Origin: Chrysomallon squamiferum
Lineage: Eukaryota > Animalia > Mollusca
Direction of reading: 5' to 3'
NCBI GenBank assembly: GCA_012295275.1
Contig: CM022672.1
Coordinates: 29,760,001 to 29,824,000 of the forward strand
Length of the DNA: 64,000 bases
Shown here piece after piece: positions 25,801 to 38,360 of this stretch. Position 1 is the stretch's first letter. The number at the start of each line of letters is the position of its first letter. The notes under the pieces are model-generated. The model saw only the letters and a list, made by a program, of their open reading frames with translations. It was not told the origin of the DNA and ran no database searches. The position numbers and the translations under genes are program-made.

Positions 25801-28800
25801 AAGTATTTGGTTGTAATTTACTGCAATCGGAGTATCCAGGTACATTATTTAGATTTCCTCTCAGAACAGAGTTACAAGCACGAGATAGCGAAATTAGTGG
25901 TTTGTATTATTCTCCAACTGAAATGAAAAAATTCATGGAGTTGTTTGTATCCAGTGCTGGAAATCTGCTGCTCTTTTGTCAGAATGTGAAATATGTCAAA
26001 ATGTTTCATTTACCGCCACAAACATGTGATCCTTCAAAGGCCACTCTTCTTGTAGAGGTTCGAAAGGAGGTGAAGAAAAGAAGCAGAGAAATTTCTACAT
26101 CAGTACTGAAACATTTTTCTGATGCATGGGAAAAGAACACTGAAAGCAGTGATTTACTGAACGAGATTATCGATATATCACTTTCTGTATTTGACACAGC
26201 AATAAATGTATTCAATGTTATTTCATCTAAAAATCAAGTAAAATGGATTATTTCTTGGTGTCTCGGAAGAAGAGAATCTGTTGATATGGCAAGGAGAAAG
26301 GAACTTAAAGGTCTATTCCCACTGGCAGCAACAGCAATACCAGTCTGTGATAGAGAAAACCTGATTTTGTCTCTGAATGATTGTCCTCGTGGATTTTACA
26401 AAAATGGGCATTTGTTTTGTTTTTTACCATTACCAATTACAATTCCTTTACCACTGCACATAAACGGTGCATTTGCTTTAACACATGACAGAAAGAATCT
26501 CTGTTCTAAGTCAGAGGATGAAAAAACTGTTTCAAAAGAAGCAAAATGGAATGAAGCTCTAAATTCAGATGCAGTATCACTGTCAGTGATAAATGCTTTT
26601 GAAGCTGTGAAAACAGTTGGAAATACTGATGCTCAGCATTTTTATGCTTTGTGGCCAACTTTAAGAAAACAGTTGGAAATACTTTTTAAAAGATTTCATC
26701 AAATGGTTGTTTACGACAATCCTCAGATACTCCTGTATAACTCAAAATGGGTTACTTTTGAGAAAATGCTCTTGTTGGATCCAGAGATACGTTTTAAAGA
26801 AGGAACTGGGCCAATTGCATTTGCTGCATTTGAGCACTACTACAGAGGAAACAAAACTGTCATAGACCTTCCTGAAAATATCCTGAAAGGTTTTATGGAT
26901 GCAGGACTAAATGTTGAGTTAAAAGAACATACTTTAAGCATTGAAGACTTTTATCTACAAATCTTCTTTCCAAACATAAATGATGCTTATTGGAATGAGC
27001 AGGAGAGAAACAGATTGGTGATTTTTGCTTTGCAAAACAGGTCTCCTGAAATAAAAAATATAATACGGCAAACACCCTGCATACCAATACATCCTTCAGG
27101 GAGACTCAGGCAACCAAACGACTTAGTTCACCCACAAGGAAAAACAGCTTGCATGTTTTTTGACTCAGATGGTGTATTCCCATCAAACTCAAAAGAAAAC
27201 AATTTTTCCACTCCAGATATTCTTTCGGCATTGTCTGACCTAGGAATGCAAAATGAAGAACTACAGTGGAGTGTGCTCTACGATCGAGTGACGTCTGTTG
27301 AAACACTGTCTAAAGTGAACATGAAAGATTCAGTTACAAGATGTAAATACATTCTGCTTTACTTGGGAGAATACGAACCAGATAAAACTCAAATCTCATC
27401 TAAGAAAAGATTTTCTACATGTCCGCCCACTTTCAAAGAACAAATACAAAATAGCAAATTTTTGCCAATCCTTAAGAAACCACAAAACTGGCCAACTGCT
27501 TGGTGTTATACTGATGATGTTCTGACATGTCCATCGTCATTATATTTCAAAGAATGTATAAACATTGGATGTTCTAACACGTTAATCCTAGATTCTACAA
27601 GGCTGACCCTTGACAGAACAAAGCAGGCACTTGAGTGGCTTGATGTAAAGACTGAAGCTGATATTTCTGTTGAGAACATCATTGAACATCTGCAGACTGT
27701 CTCATCAGTTGAACCAGATGGTCTTATGAACACTGATTTTCACAAACTGATGGAAGTATGTTCTTCTATATATCACTGTCTTAACGAAAGGTGTTCATCA
27801 GGAGACCCCGAAGTAAATAAATTAATTTCAGAGGCATTACAAGGAAAAGCAGTTATATTACAAGTGAATGCATTCATCAAGTCGGAACAGATATGTTTTT
27901 CTCCGGATATTGAACTCAGACCTTATTTGTACCACGTGAATCACACTTTGTTTAAATATCCTCTGTTTCTGAAGACAATAGGAGTTAAGGAAAACTTTGA
28001 GCCTGATGCTGCTGCAAATATTATGTTGCAGATTGCTCACAGCTGCGGTCGGAATGCACTGACTGAAACCCAGCTTCAGTATTATTCGAAAGCAGCCACA
28101 ATTTTGGTGCAGCTTATGAAAAGTAATGAAATTGGATGTGCTTCAAAAAAGTTTAAATCCTTATTTCTGCCTGATAAAAGACAAGTTTTGCAACCATGCT
28201 CTGAACTATGTTTAGATGACTGTGAATGGCTTAACAACAGAAACTCAATGAAGTTCCTGCATCACTACATGACTGTGGAAGTAGCAAAAGCCTTTGGTAT
28301 AAAAACCAAACGACAGCAAGACATAAAATCACACTCGATACCATTTGTACATGTCTTTGGACAACATGAAGAACTCACTGACAGAATAAAACGGATCCTA
28401 GAAGGATATCCCTGTGATGTGTCTCTGATGAATGAACTGCTACAGAATGCTGATGATGCAGGAGCATCAGAGCTGATGTTTATCAAAGATTTCAGAACCC
28501 ATCCAAGTGAAAGAATTTTTGATGACAGGTGGAAACTTATGCAAGGCCCAGCATTGTGTGTGTATAATAACAGTTATTTTATGGAGAAAGACTTGGACGG
28601 AATACAAGAATTAAGTTTTGGAAGCAAAAGTTTAGACTATATTAAAACAGGTAAGTATGGAGTTGGATTCAATGTTGTTTACCATTTGACAGATGTACCA
28701 ACATTCCTGACATTTGGACCAGAAATGGAGGAAACACTGTGTATCCTCGACCCTAACTGTCTCTACGCACCAGCTGCTGAACCTGGTGTTCCAGGAGCAC

Positions 28801-31800
28801 GGTTTACTAACATATCAGGACTGCGTTCTTCATACAGTGATGTGTTCTCATGTTTCCTTGAAAATGAAGTTCCACTCCACCCTCAAGGAACATTGTTTCG
28901 GTTTCCTCTCAGAAATGAAGAAATGGCTAAGAACTCAAACATTTTGAAGAAGGAAATAGATGCAGAAAAAATTGAAGAATTGTTGCGCGACTTCACATTG
29001 CATATGTCAGAGTCTCTTCTGTTTCTTAATAACATAAAACAAATTTCCATTGCATGTATAAAGAAAAATGGACACATTGATATCGAAAATGTTGTGAAAG
29101 TATCTACGCAAGATGAAGAAGAACACAGGATTTTCGTAAATAATATTGTTGATGAAGTGAAAAAGGTAAGAAATCAAATGCAGGGGCTTAAGGAACTAAA
29201 ACAAGAACAGGTTGCAGTGACACTGAGAATAAAAAATGGTCATAAACCTGAGGAAGAAAAATGGTTGATAATTCATCAGTTGGTTTCTCTTCCAATTTAC
29301 CTTTGCCTCCTGAAATAGACTGTGCTTGGAAAAGAAGAGATATAAATCTGCTACCGAGAGGTGGAGTAGCTGTTCGACTTGACGAAAAATGCGTGCAGTG
29401 TAACAAAAGAGCATTTTGTATTCTTCCCCTGCCCATTGAAACTGGTCTGCCTGTTCACATCAATGGTCATTTTGCACTGGACCATGAAGCCCGAAGGAAT
29501 TTGTGGCATGGTACACAAGATTATCGAGCTAGATGGAATCAACATATGGTAGAAACTCTCATTGTTCCAGCATATATAAAAACTTTAAATCTCATGCAGA
29601 TGATATGCCAAGGCATGGGAACTGAAACTAATGACAAGGATATGAAACAATACAATTCACTTTTTCCAGACAGCCACAAGGCCAAGGATGACTTTTGGAA
29701 ATCACTGGTTACCGAATTTTACAAAACAATCTTTCTGGACAAACTAACTTTATTTCCTGTTGTCAAGAGGCAGGAAACATTAAAGCAATTAAGCTGGGTT
29801 TCTGTTTTTAATGACAATGGATTTCCAGGATATTTCAATAACCTTGAATCATTTTATGATAACAAAGGTAATAAACCAAATAATACAGAGATTCAATCAG
29901 TTTCAAGTCAGTTTGGAGATGACACATTCTTAGGAACCTTAGATCCGAAACAAATTGATGAAAAGAGACAGCATGTATCAAGTACTGAAGCAGCAAAACT
30001 TGCTGACATATTGAAAACTCTTGGTATGAAAATCATTGAAGCACCATTCTGGATTTTTGAAAATTTTGTAAATGCTGGCCTTGGTGAAGAAGTGCAGTGT
30101 GTAAAACCAGAGAATGTCATATCTTTTCTAAAATCATGTAATACAAAAGGGATTACAGAAAAATGTTTAATAGGAGAATTACCAGAAAAAATAGAAAACA
30201 CTCCATTTGTTGATACAGCGACCGTGAAATTGGTTATAAAATTCTGCATGAAATCTAGTAATGTCCAAATAGATGGACTCCCTCTGTGTTTGAATAATGC
30301 AAACGAGCTTAATATTTTCAGCAGAGAAAATATAATTCTTCTTACAACATTTACTGATCTTATTAAAGGCTCACCAGATAGGTGTCTACACAAGGATATT
30401 GTCAGTTTGTTTCCCAAGTCCATAAAAAGTCCAGCTTTGAAAACTATGGACATCAGTGATTTATCTTTGCTGCTGAAAGAAACAGTTGATGAAACTGTTT
30501 TTAAACGAGGTAAAGCAGTGGACTGGAATAGCAATAGTCATCCAACAAAAGAATGGATTCAACATTTATGGAAGTTTCTTTCTAGTGAACTAAAAAACGA
30601 ACTCTCTGAGAAACATTTATCCATTTCAAGCTTTGGAGAAATAAAAGAATGGAGCCTACTGCCGGTCACAGTATTTCAGACAACAAGAATCCTACGAAAT
30701 CAGCTGCACCCCATAAGTAATGCTGGAGATGTCATAAATCTCCTATCTGATACAAATTTTAAACTGATACAAGCTTTCAAAATGTTGGGTATTTCACTTT
30801 ACAATTCTGATCCATTTCATCAAGATAAAGATGTAATTGAGTTTGCAGCATCCATTACAGCAGATACAAAGAACCCACTCTCTGTTCTTAAGGCACTTTC
30901 GGGTCATAATTACAAAAGAAATCCACCAGAAAACGTAGGCTGCACCTTGCTGGAATATTTTTGTAACAACTTGGCACTTCTAACTCCTGACAAGGACTGG
31001 ATTATCAGGATGCTGAACAAATTACCTTTTTTTGTTACAATATTTCATATGACCAGGCCACTCATAAACTGTGACCCTGTGTTTGTGGAAAATGGATATC
31101 CATATATACCTAGAGACGGATTAGAAATCTGGTCTCATGAAACAGGCAAAACTATCTTTAAAACTAATTATTCATTAAAAGACTTGTATGAATTTATGAA
31201 AATTACAGTACATTCCACATGTAGTCTCTACAGTAATTTCATTTTACGTTGGTTTGAAATGTTGCCAAGAGACGTGAGAGCTATTCACTTAAGATATATT
31301 AAGAGTAATCTACTGAAGAAAGGTTTTGACACTGAATGGAGTCCTGGTGAAGAAATGTTAGTGGATGCATTGAACACATTTCCCTTCATAGAGAGGCTTG
31401 ATGGTACATTTTGCAGAGCATGTGAATTTTTCAGCAAGAATGTTAAAGTGTTTTGTGTGATGTGTCCAGACTCTGCATTTCCCCCAGCACCATATAATGA
31501 TGATGAGTGGCATGACTTTCTGGTGTTGGCAGGCATGAAGGACAAAGTTACTGTTGAAGATTTTGTCAAGTTTGCTTTGCAAATCCAGACACTGAGCAGT
31601 GAAGGAATAACAGATAACATTGTACAAATGTCCAAAACTCTTACTGAACATTTGTTTTCCTGGCCCGAAGTGTTAAAACAAAACCTCATTCCAAAAATTA
31701 TGAACATTAAGTTTGTGTTACCATTTAGTGTCAAACACCACAAACATGGGGAAATACTGGCTAATATCTATTCTCAAGGAGAATATGCATCAAAGTTAAT

Positions 31801-34308
31801 TGCTTTTAATGGATCTGTTTCTTCAGATAATTGTTATTTGGTTTGGACAAGTTGCTATATTTGCCCTAATGATCAATATTGGGATAACAACCTTTCACTT
31901 TTATTGTCACAGCTTGGTGTTAAGCGAACTCCAGATAAACAAAGTGTCATTCATCATCTCCAAAATATTTCACTTTCTTTGCAGAAAATGAAAGTATCAC
32001 TGTTGAATGAGATCAAAATTCATTTGGAAAAAATAATGGAAAGAATTTATATGTACTTACAGAAATGTATTATTACTGAACAAGACAAAAACAAACTGGC
32101 TGATTACTCAGTTATATATCTCAATGACATGGGACGTATGGTTAAAGCAAGAGATATTGTCATTGACCTTGCACGAGAAGATGCAATTCCAGGCTATATA
32201 TTTCAGTCTCCTAATTACTTCGGTAAATATTGCTTTCTTTTTGAGAAACTTGGTGCTAGCAAGGTTGTTTCTGCTAATCATTACGCAGATGTTTTGAGAC
32301 AAAAGCATTTGGAAATTAATGATGGTAAATTAAATCCCAATGACTGGAATGTTGTACAAAAGGCAGTAGAGATGCTTTTCAGGTGTTTGTCAGACAATCG
32401 TTACTCAAAAGAACTTTCTATTTCCACCTTATTTCTTCCAAGTTCACTGGAAACACTTATTTTGTCCAATAAATTAGTCTTTTCAGATAACCCGGCTCTA
32501 GAGGAAAGTGTTATGTCCCTAAATTTTACATATTTCATAGGATTTCATAACCTACAGATCGAAGGGTTTAATGATATGGATATGATAAATAAACTTCCAG
32601 AACAGTATAGACCAGTGAACTTATCTTCTTTAGTTCAAGATCATGTTACAGTTGAATGTAAGAGAAAAGCTTTCAGGGGTCCAAATGCAACTGCATATTT
32701 AGACCATATAAACTCACCCTCTTTCATAAAAGGTGTGATTCGACTTATAAACCATCAACAATCTTTAGTTGACAAACCTTTAGAGAAAAAGAAACTGTAA
32801 ATTCAGTTGAGTTTATGTTTTCTAACATGAACATTCTGGAAGTAAATAACTTGCAGACAAATTTGATTTATGGCAATGAACCTGTTCAAGGGAGTCAGAG
32901 GGAACGACAATGTTTCATTGAGTTTTCACCAGAAAAAAAAGGTCAGGTTACTATGTATATAGATGAACAAACATGTCAAAACAAGAAAGAAATGTGTTCT
33001 AAGATAGCAGAAAAACTTGATTTCATGGTAGGTGGACTGATTGGTAGAAAAATATTGCATTTACTTGAAATGCTTGAAAAGAAAGTGGAAGATATTTGCT
33101 TGTATCTGAATGGAAAAAGAATAAAATGTTTCAATTTTATTCCTCAAAGACACACATCTCTGTTTCCACCATCAGGAAATTTAATTCCTGAAGAATTTCT
33201 CTGTATGCTCAACAATAATTTTGAGAATTTAGATGAAGATGAATATGTAGGATTAGAGATCCATGATCCAGCTATCGCAGAAGCATGTATAGCAGAATAT
33301 GTGGAAAATGAATCAACTGAAGCAGTATATATTTATGCTATTGTTAAATCCATTGTAGAAGAGGTTGCATCACCCTGTTTGACAAAATATAAAGTAGAAG
33401 TAGAACATGGAAGAATTGAAGAAATAAATGCTACAAGACTGTATAAATTTTGTAGACAAGAAATTGAAGTTGACCAGGAACTTGTTGTATCTGATGTACA
33501 GCCTTCTATTCCCGATTTATCTGACATTCTAAAGGAAATTCAGAAAACACTAAAAGAAGCTTGTCGTACTTTAGACAGATGTGACCGTCAAAGAGTGGTA
33601 AAGAGACTGTACCTGAAATGGCATCCAGACAAGAATCCACCAGAAAGACAAAATATCTGCACTAAAGTGTGTCAGTATATTCAAAACTGTGTCGAAAAAT
33701 TAGACAGAGGTGAAGACATAAGTGATGTTACAGACGGACAGTTTTCATGGCAACCTCCATTTCAGCAGTCTTCATTTTTTACTAATATGGATAGAAGATC
33801 CAGGTCACAAAGGGATTATTATTATAATTATCAACAAAGGTCAAGAAATTTCTCTTCCTCTTCATCTTCTAGTTTCAGTTTCCATTCAGCCACAAGACAA
33901 AATGCCTACCCACATAAACAAGAAGCAAGAAGATGGCTGCGTCAAGCAAACATTGATCTGGAAATGGCAAACAAAGCACTTTCAAATCCAGAATATGATG
34001 CTTTCAACTGGATCTGCTTCAAATCTCATCAGGTGAGTTAAATATGTTTGAAAATAACAGATATATTTCCCATTAAACACATTTTTTAATAGTAAATGGT
34101 TAATTTTCTACAGATTTTAATAACTGTGGAACTAAAAAATGGTTATGTTGACTATTATTATTATTTATGCATTTTAATTTTTAGTATTTTACAAATAGGT
34201 AAATAAGATTTTAAAGAAAAAATAAAGAATTAAGATACTAAATAAATAAAAGGTTAAAAATATCAAATAATGATAAAGAAAAGAAAAAGGTATGTTATTA
34301 TGAAATGA

Positions 34309-34343
<35 letters not shown>

Positions 34344-34646
34344 AATGAGGCTGCTGAAAAGGCTTTGAAAGCTCTGCTTTATAATCATGATGCTCGTAAG
34401 GCTGACGAAGTGCGAACTCATGATCTTAAATCTCTCAATACTTACTTACAATTTGAGACTTCGGTAAATTTGGTGGATCTTGTAAACAGGCTAGAAGAGC
34501 TAGTACATAGTTACAATTGTATGAGATATCCAGATCGTTTCACATTTCCCCAGATTCCTTCTGATGTGTACAGCAAACAGACTGCCAAAAGTACATATGA
34601 TCTTGCAAGTGCTATTGTGAGTTATGTAAAGTGCCATGTGTTGTAG
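15700..34646 (+). CDS. SACS: Sacsin-like protein (3 GHKL/Hsp90-like sacsin repeat regions, J domain, HEPN), ~4,330 aa; coding exons 15700-15703, 16165-16277, 20013-20138, 20860-21007, 21373-22884, 23233-34032, 34350-34646
   Basis: GT-AG phase-consistent exons give MASSGSSK...QPSLIKQLKSVLDQYPKEQILK|EIIQNAEDAGA...|GPGLCVFNDA...GRYGLGFKSVFH. Repeat 2 has YGQSEPLTRRL...EIIQNADDAGA (~25310) and repeat 3 has FGQHEELTDRI...ELLQNADDAGA (~28356). KWHPDKNP is at ~33620 and the HEPN reads EARRWLRQA...CFKSHQ|AAEKALK...RYPD. Two 1-bp frameshifts (~29280, ~32790) must be corrected. The symbol denotes the family, not proven orthology. Confidence 0.9.
16778..18634 (+). mobile_element. hAT (Charlie/SPIN, GTF2IRD2-like) DNA transposon fossil in sacsin intron 2
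   Basis: Imperfect TIRs caggtgcgggcaaact / agtttgcccgccagag. Transposase remnants: FNSEWTEKYFF, CLIC, LALDE, DTAKLAVFIRGV, VTTDGAPAVIG, HSIIHQESL, VPWLSR and LAFLTDI. Confidence 0.88.
18640..19590 (-). mobile_element. Decayed coding remnant of a probable DNA-transposon-type repeat (PIN/H3TH-like motifs)
   Basis: IFDS, ENKKNS, LTGEDMELLILLLYH and an LHA..G.D-like segment occur in the order I recall for a common invertebrate repeat-encoded protein family. Recognised from memory only. Confidence 0.4.
19767..19865. repeat. (TAC)n trinucleotide repeat
   Basis: Directly visible. Confidence 0.95.
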
Positions 34647-34662
34647 ATGGAAAACAGATCAG

Positions 34663-34837
34663 GTAATTATGTCTGTCTTGAAAATAATTTTATAGTGAAC
34701 ACAAATTTAAATGATTAAAAATATTCATAGATTTAGTGTTGATATTAATTTCCTCTAGTGGATTAGTTAAAAATAGAAAAAAGAAAAAAAAAGAAAGATA
34801 AACTAAATTAATGATCTTCAAAACAAATGGTTTCCCA

Positions 34838-34931
<94 letters not shown>

Positions 34932-35571
34932 TAAATATATATATATATAATTTGCACCAGTTACACTGATTCCTGCCATCCCTTTCATAAATGCTGGGGA
35001 GACGACTGTATCTATCTATCTATCTATCTATACTATTACATACTGAATTAGATAAACATTTCTTATACTGTGTAGTACTAAAGTATTTATTTATATGTAA
35101 TACAGAATTAAGTAACATTTCAGAACATTTTACATAAAGAATTAGATAACCTGCAATATATGATTACATATACAATTATGTAATAAACAGTATGACAGAA
35201 TTAGGTAACTTTCAACATATTATTATTATATACCAGTTAGATCAGATGTCTTTATAGTTTTGCCTAGGTAATTATGTAACATTTTAATATATTACATATA
35301 AAATTATCTAGTAATTCAGTACAGTTCTTCATACAAACCTGTATTCATTTTAAGTGAAAGAAAAAACATATCGAGTAAAATTACAGTTTTATTATACATG
35401 GATTTGTCAGTGTTGCTGCTTATTTGACTGGTTATTGAAATATTTTTTATTGCAAAGATAAATAGACTGCTAATGTACTGTTGAAGACAATAATTATCAT
35501 AGAGGTTGTCTTGTTTTATTGACATTTCTGTTAGGTTTTTTTACTTTATTTATTCTGTTTTTCACTTTCAG
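34663..35571 (+). other. Putative 3'-UTR intron of the sacsin-like gene
   Basis: CAG|GTAATT donor 16 nt after the stop codon; long pyrimidine tract ending TTTCAG at 35571. Confidence 0.4.
34838..34930. repeat. (AAT)n microsatellite
   Basis: Directly visible. Confidence 0.97.
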
Positions 35572-35939
35572 ATTTCAATGGACAGCTTTTCTGAAGGTAG
35601 ACTGTTTGAAAGACATTATCTATGTTACTATTGTTAGAGCTAATATTTTGGTGTGATAGATACTTTCATATAGAATTACAACACAAAATTAATTGCTTGT
35701 TCTAGACAAAAACATTTGAGTAAACAGTTTTATTTGTTTGATATTTTAAATTTTTTAATCCTTATATGAGTCATTTAGATGTGAATATGATGTCATAGTT
35801 TAACATTGTTTCTTTTTGTACTTTTTTAGTTTTTGCTTTGTTCACTTGCATATTTTAAATTATATTTTAGAATAAATATAAACTGTTGATATATGTAATT
35901 TTATGTACATACATACATACACACACATACATACATACA

Positions 35940-35973
<34 letters not shown>

Positions 35974-37964
35974 CATTCTTCTCAAAATGCCTTTTGGTAT
36001 ATTGCGACATCATGTTTCAAATATAGATGTTTAAATGCCTGCACTTTATCATACTTATTTGTTAGATGTTAAAATATGCTTCTGCACAATTTTGTTCCAA
36101 ATATATCTTATTTTTTTCCTTTAGTTAACATGAAGTGTGATATATGTGCTTCATGAATTTATTTTATATATAGTTACTTTTAAATCATTTTAAAAATATG
36201 GATGCTGAAATACCTATATGAATTCACAGTTGTATATACATCCCTTAGAGGTAATGAAAAAAAAATTAAAAGACAAAAAGATTAAAAAAAAAAAAAAAAA
36301 AAAAAGGAAAAGAAGTACTGAAGATAAGCAGTAATAAGAAATGGATATTGGTCAGAAAATATACATTTTATTTCAAAATAACAAAACTAAATTTTAGTAA
36401 TAGGTTGCATGTGATTTCAATTTTTCAATTACTATATATGTATATGTATATTAAATAATTTGATGCACACTTTGAAAATGTTAATTGTACACTAGTTGAT
36501 ATCTTTTTTAAAATTCTGATGAGAGGTTCTATTTGTTTTCACTTTTCAGTGCTAATTTAAAATGGTGAAATATTTTTATATAGACATATATTTCTCTCAT
36601 GTGGATGTTATCATTGTTGAAACACTTTTGTCATGCTTTTGTTGTTGCTGTTTTATTTTATATATATAATACTTGAATCTTTTTTTTTCGAACTTTTATA
36701 TGTAATTAATTTGTACTTTATTTAATCCAAAAAATAATAATCTTGAAAGACATGAATATAGTAATTTGAAATAAATATTCTTAAAGGAATAAAGAAAAAG
36801 AAATAAACTCATCTGTGCATATATCTGTGAATGTATAATTACAAACAGAACTGTAAAATATTACAGTTTGACAGTTGCAACATTTTGTATGCAGACACTA
36901 GTAGTGCGGTTATCTACTCTTGATGATATAATTAATATTGAATTGTTTTGTAGTTGAGGATTAGTTTCAGTTGAAGTTTTGTTGTGGATTTACACCTCCA
37001 CATATGTGAACTGACATAGTCTTAAGATAGCTGTTCAAAAGCAAGTTAGGTGAGATGCAGCAAAAAATATTTATTCAAATCATAAATTATTGCTTGAGCT
37101 TGTATGAACCAATGTATTTGGCTAGACTTTGGGTTTTCTAAAGTTTACTGACTATTGAATATATTATTAAAAATTATTTTATTCCTTATTCATGTTTAAG
37201 AGGACTATTTGATATGATAATGTATTTTGCTATATATAGGTATATATTGTTACAAAATTTCATTTATGTCAAGCTATTTAGACAAATGTTGATAGTGATG
37301 TATAGAACAAGTCATTTAGAGGAAATAGTTTTTGTTTCACACTTTAATACTTACAATCCTGAATTGTTATCAATTTTATTTATATTCTGAAATGCTATTC
37401 CATTTATATCAATAAAAATTATGAAGAAACAGATAGATATGTTATTAACAGGTGGAATCACTTTTTAAATTTTTTATTTAAAATTAATTGTTTTTGTGAG
37501 ATTTAAATTATTTATCAAAGGGTCATATGATTAATATTTAACTTTAATTTAATATTATCATCCAGTGATTAATAATTAATGCTAATTCTAATGCATAATA
37601 ATTTAGTTTAGGACTTTTAACAGCTTTTTTAAAAATTAATATTAAAATGTGTTTTAAATCATATGAATTTTACACATTTGCTAAATAAATATTTGGATGA
37701 TACATGTTGGCAAATTATCATAAGAAATAAATTGAGAAAGACTAAATTGTTGATAAACAGTTTACCAAATGAATAAATAATTTTATGAGATGTGTTAATA
37801 ATATAAAAATGAATGAGAAAATTATGTGATAGCATCAACAGACTACCACAGACTTGGTGAAATTGGGCAGTAGTAAGTGAACCAACAGGCTGGATTATAT
37901 TTAATACCTTTATTTCATATCCTAAAACAGAAAATGTATTTAATCACATGAACAAGAATTGAAC

Positions 37965-38012
<48 letters not shown>

Positions 38013-38300
38013 CAATGATTATCAATTATTAATTAAAATTAATTATATTAGCTGTAAATTGTTTTCAATCATAACAACTTGAGTTATTATTATATTTAAA
38101 GAATATAATTTTATTTAATTATGTAAGATGATCATCAATAAGTCTTATGTGATAAAATCAGTGTTTACATTTCTAGTGTGTTTGAATGAAGAATATAATC
38201 TTTTTTGTATATTTTTTATATTTATTTCCAAATTATTATTAGTATCATATAACATTTATAAATCTATGTATAGCTAGCTAAATATAAATTTCATTTTTGC

Positions 38301-38360
<60 letters not shown>

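Noticed and set aside
29270-32800. Programmed ribosomal frameshifting or tiny introns at the sacsin breaks
   Set aside because: No canonical X XXY YYZ slippery site or GT-AG pair is evident; 1-bp indel errors are simpler.
22594-33527. Antisense ORFs within the sacsin exons
   Set aside because: Shadow ORFs of a long coding frame with no recognisable motifs.
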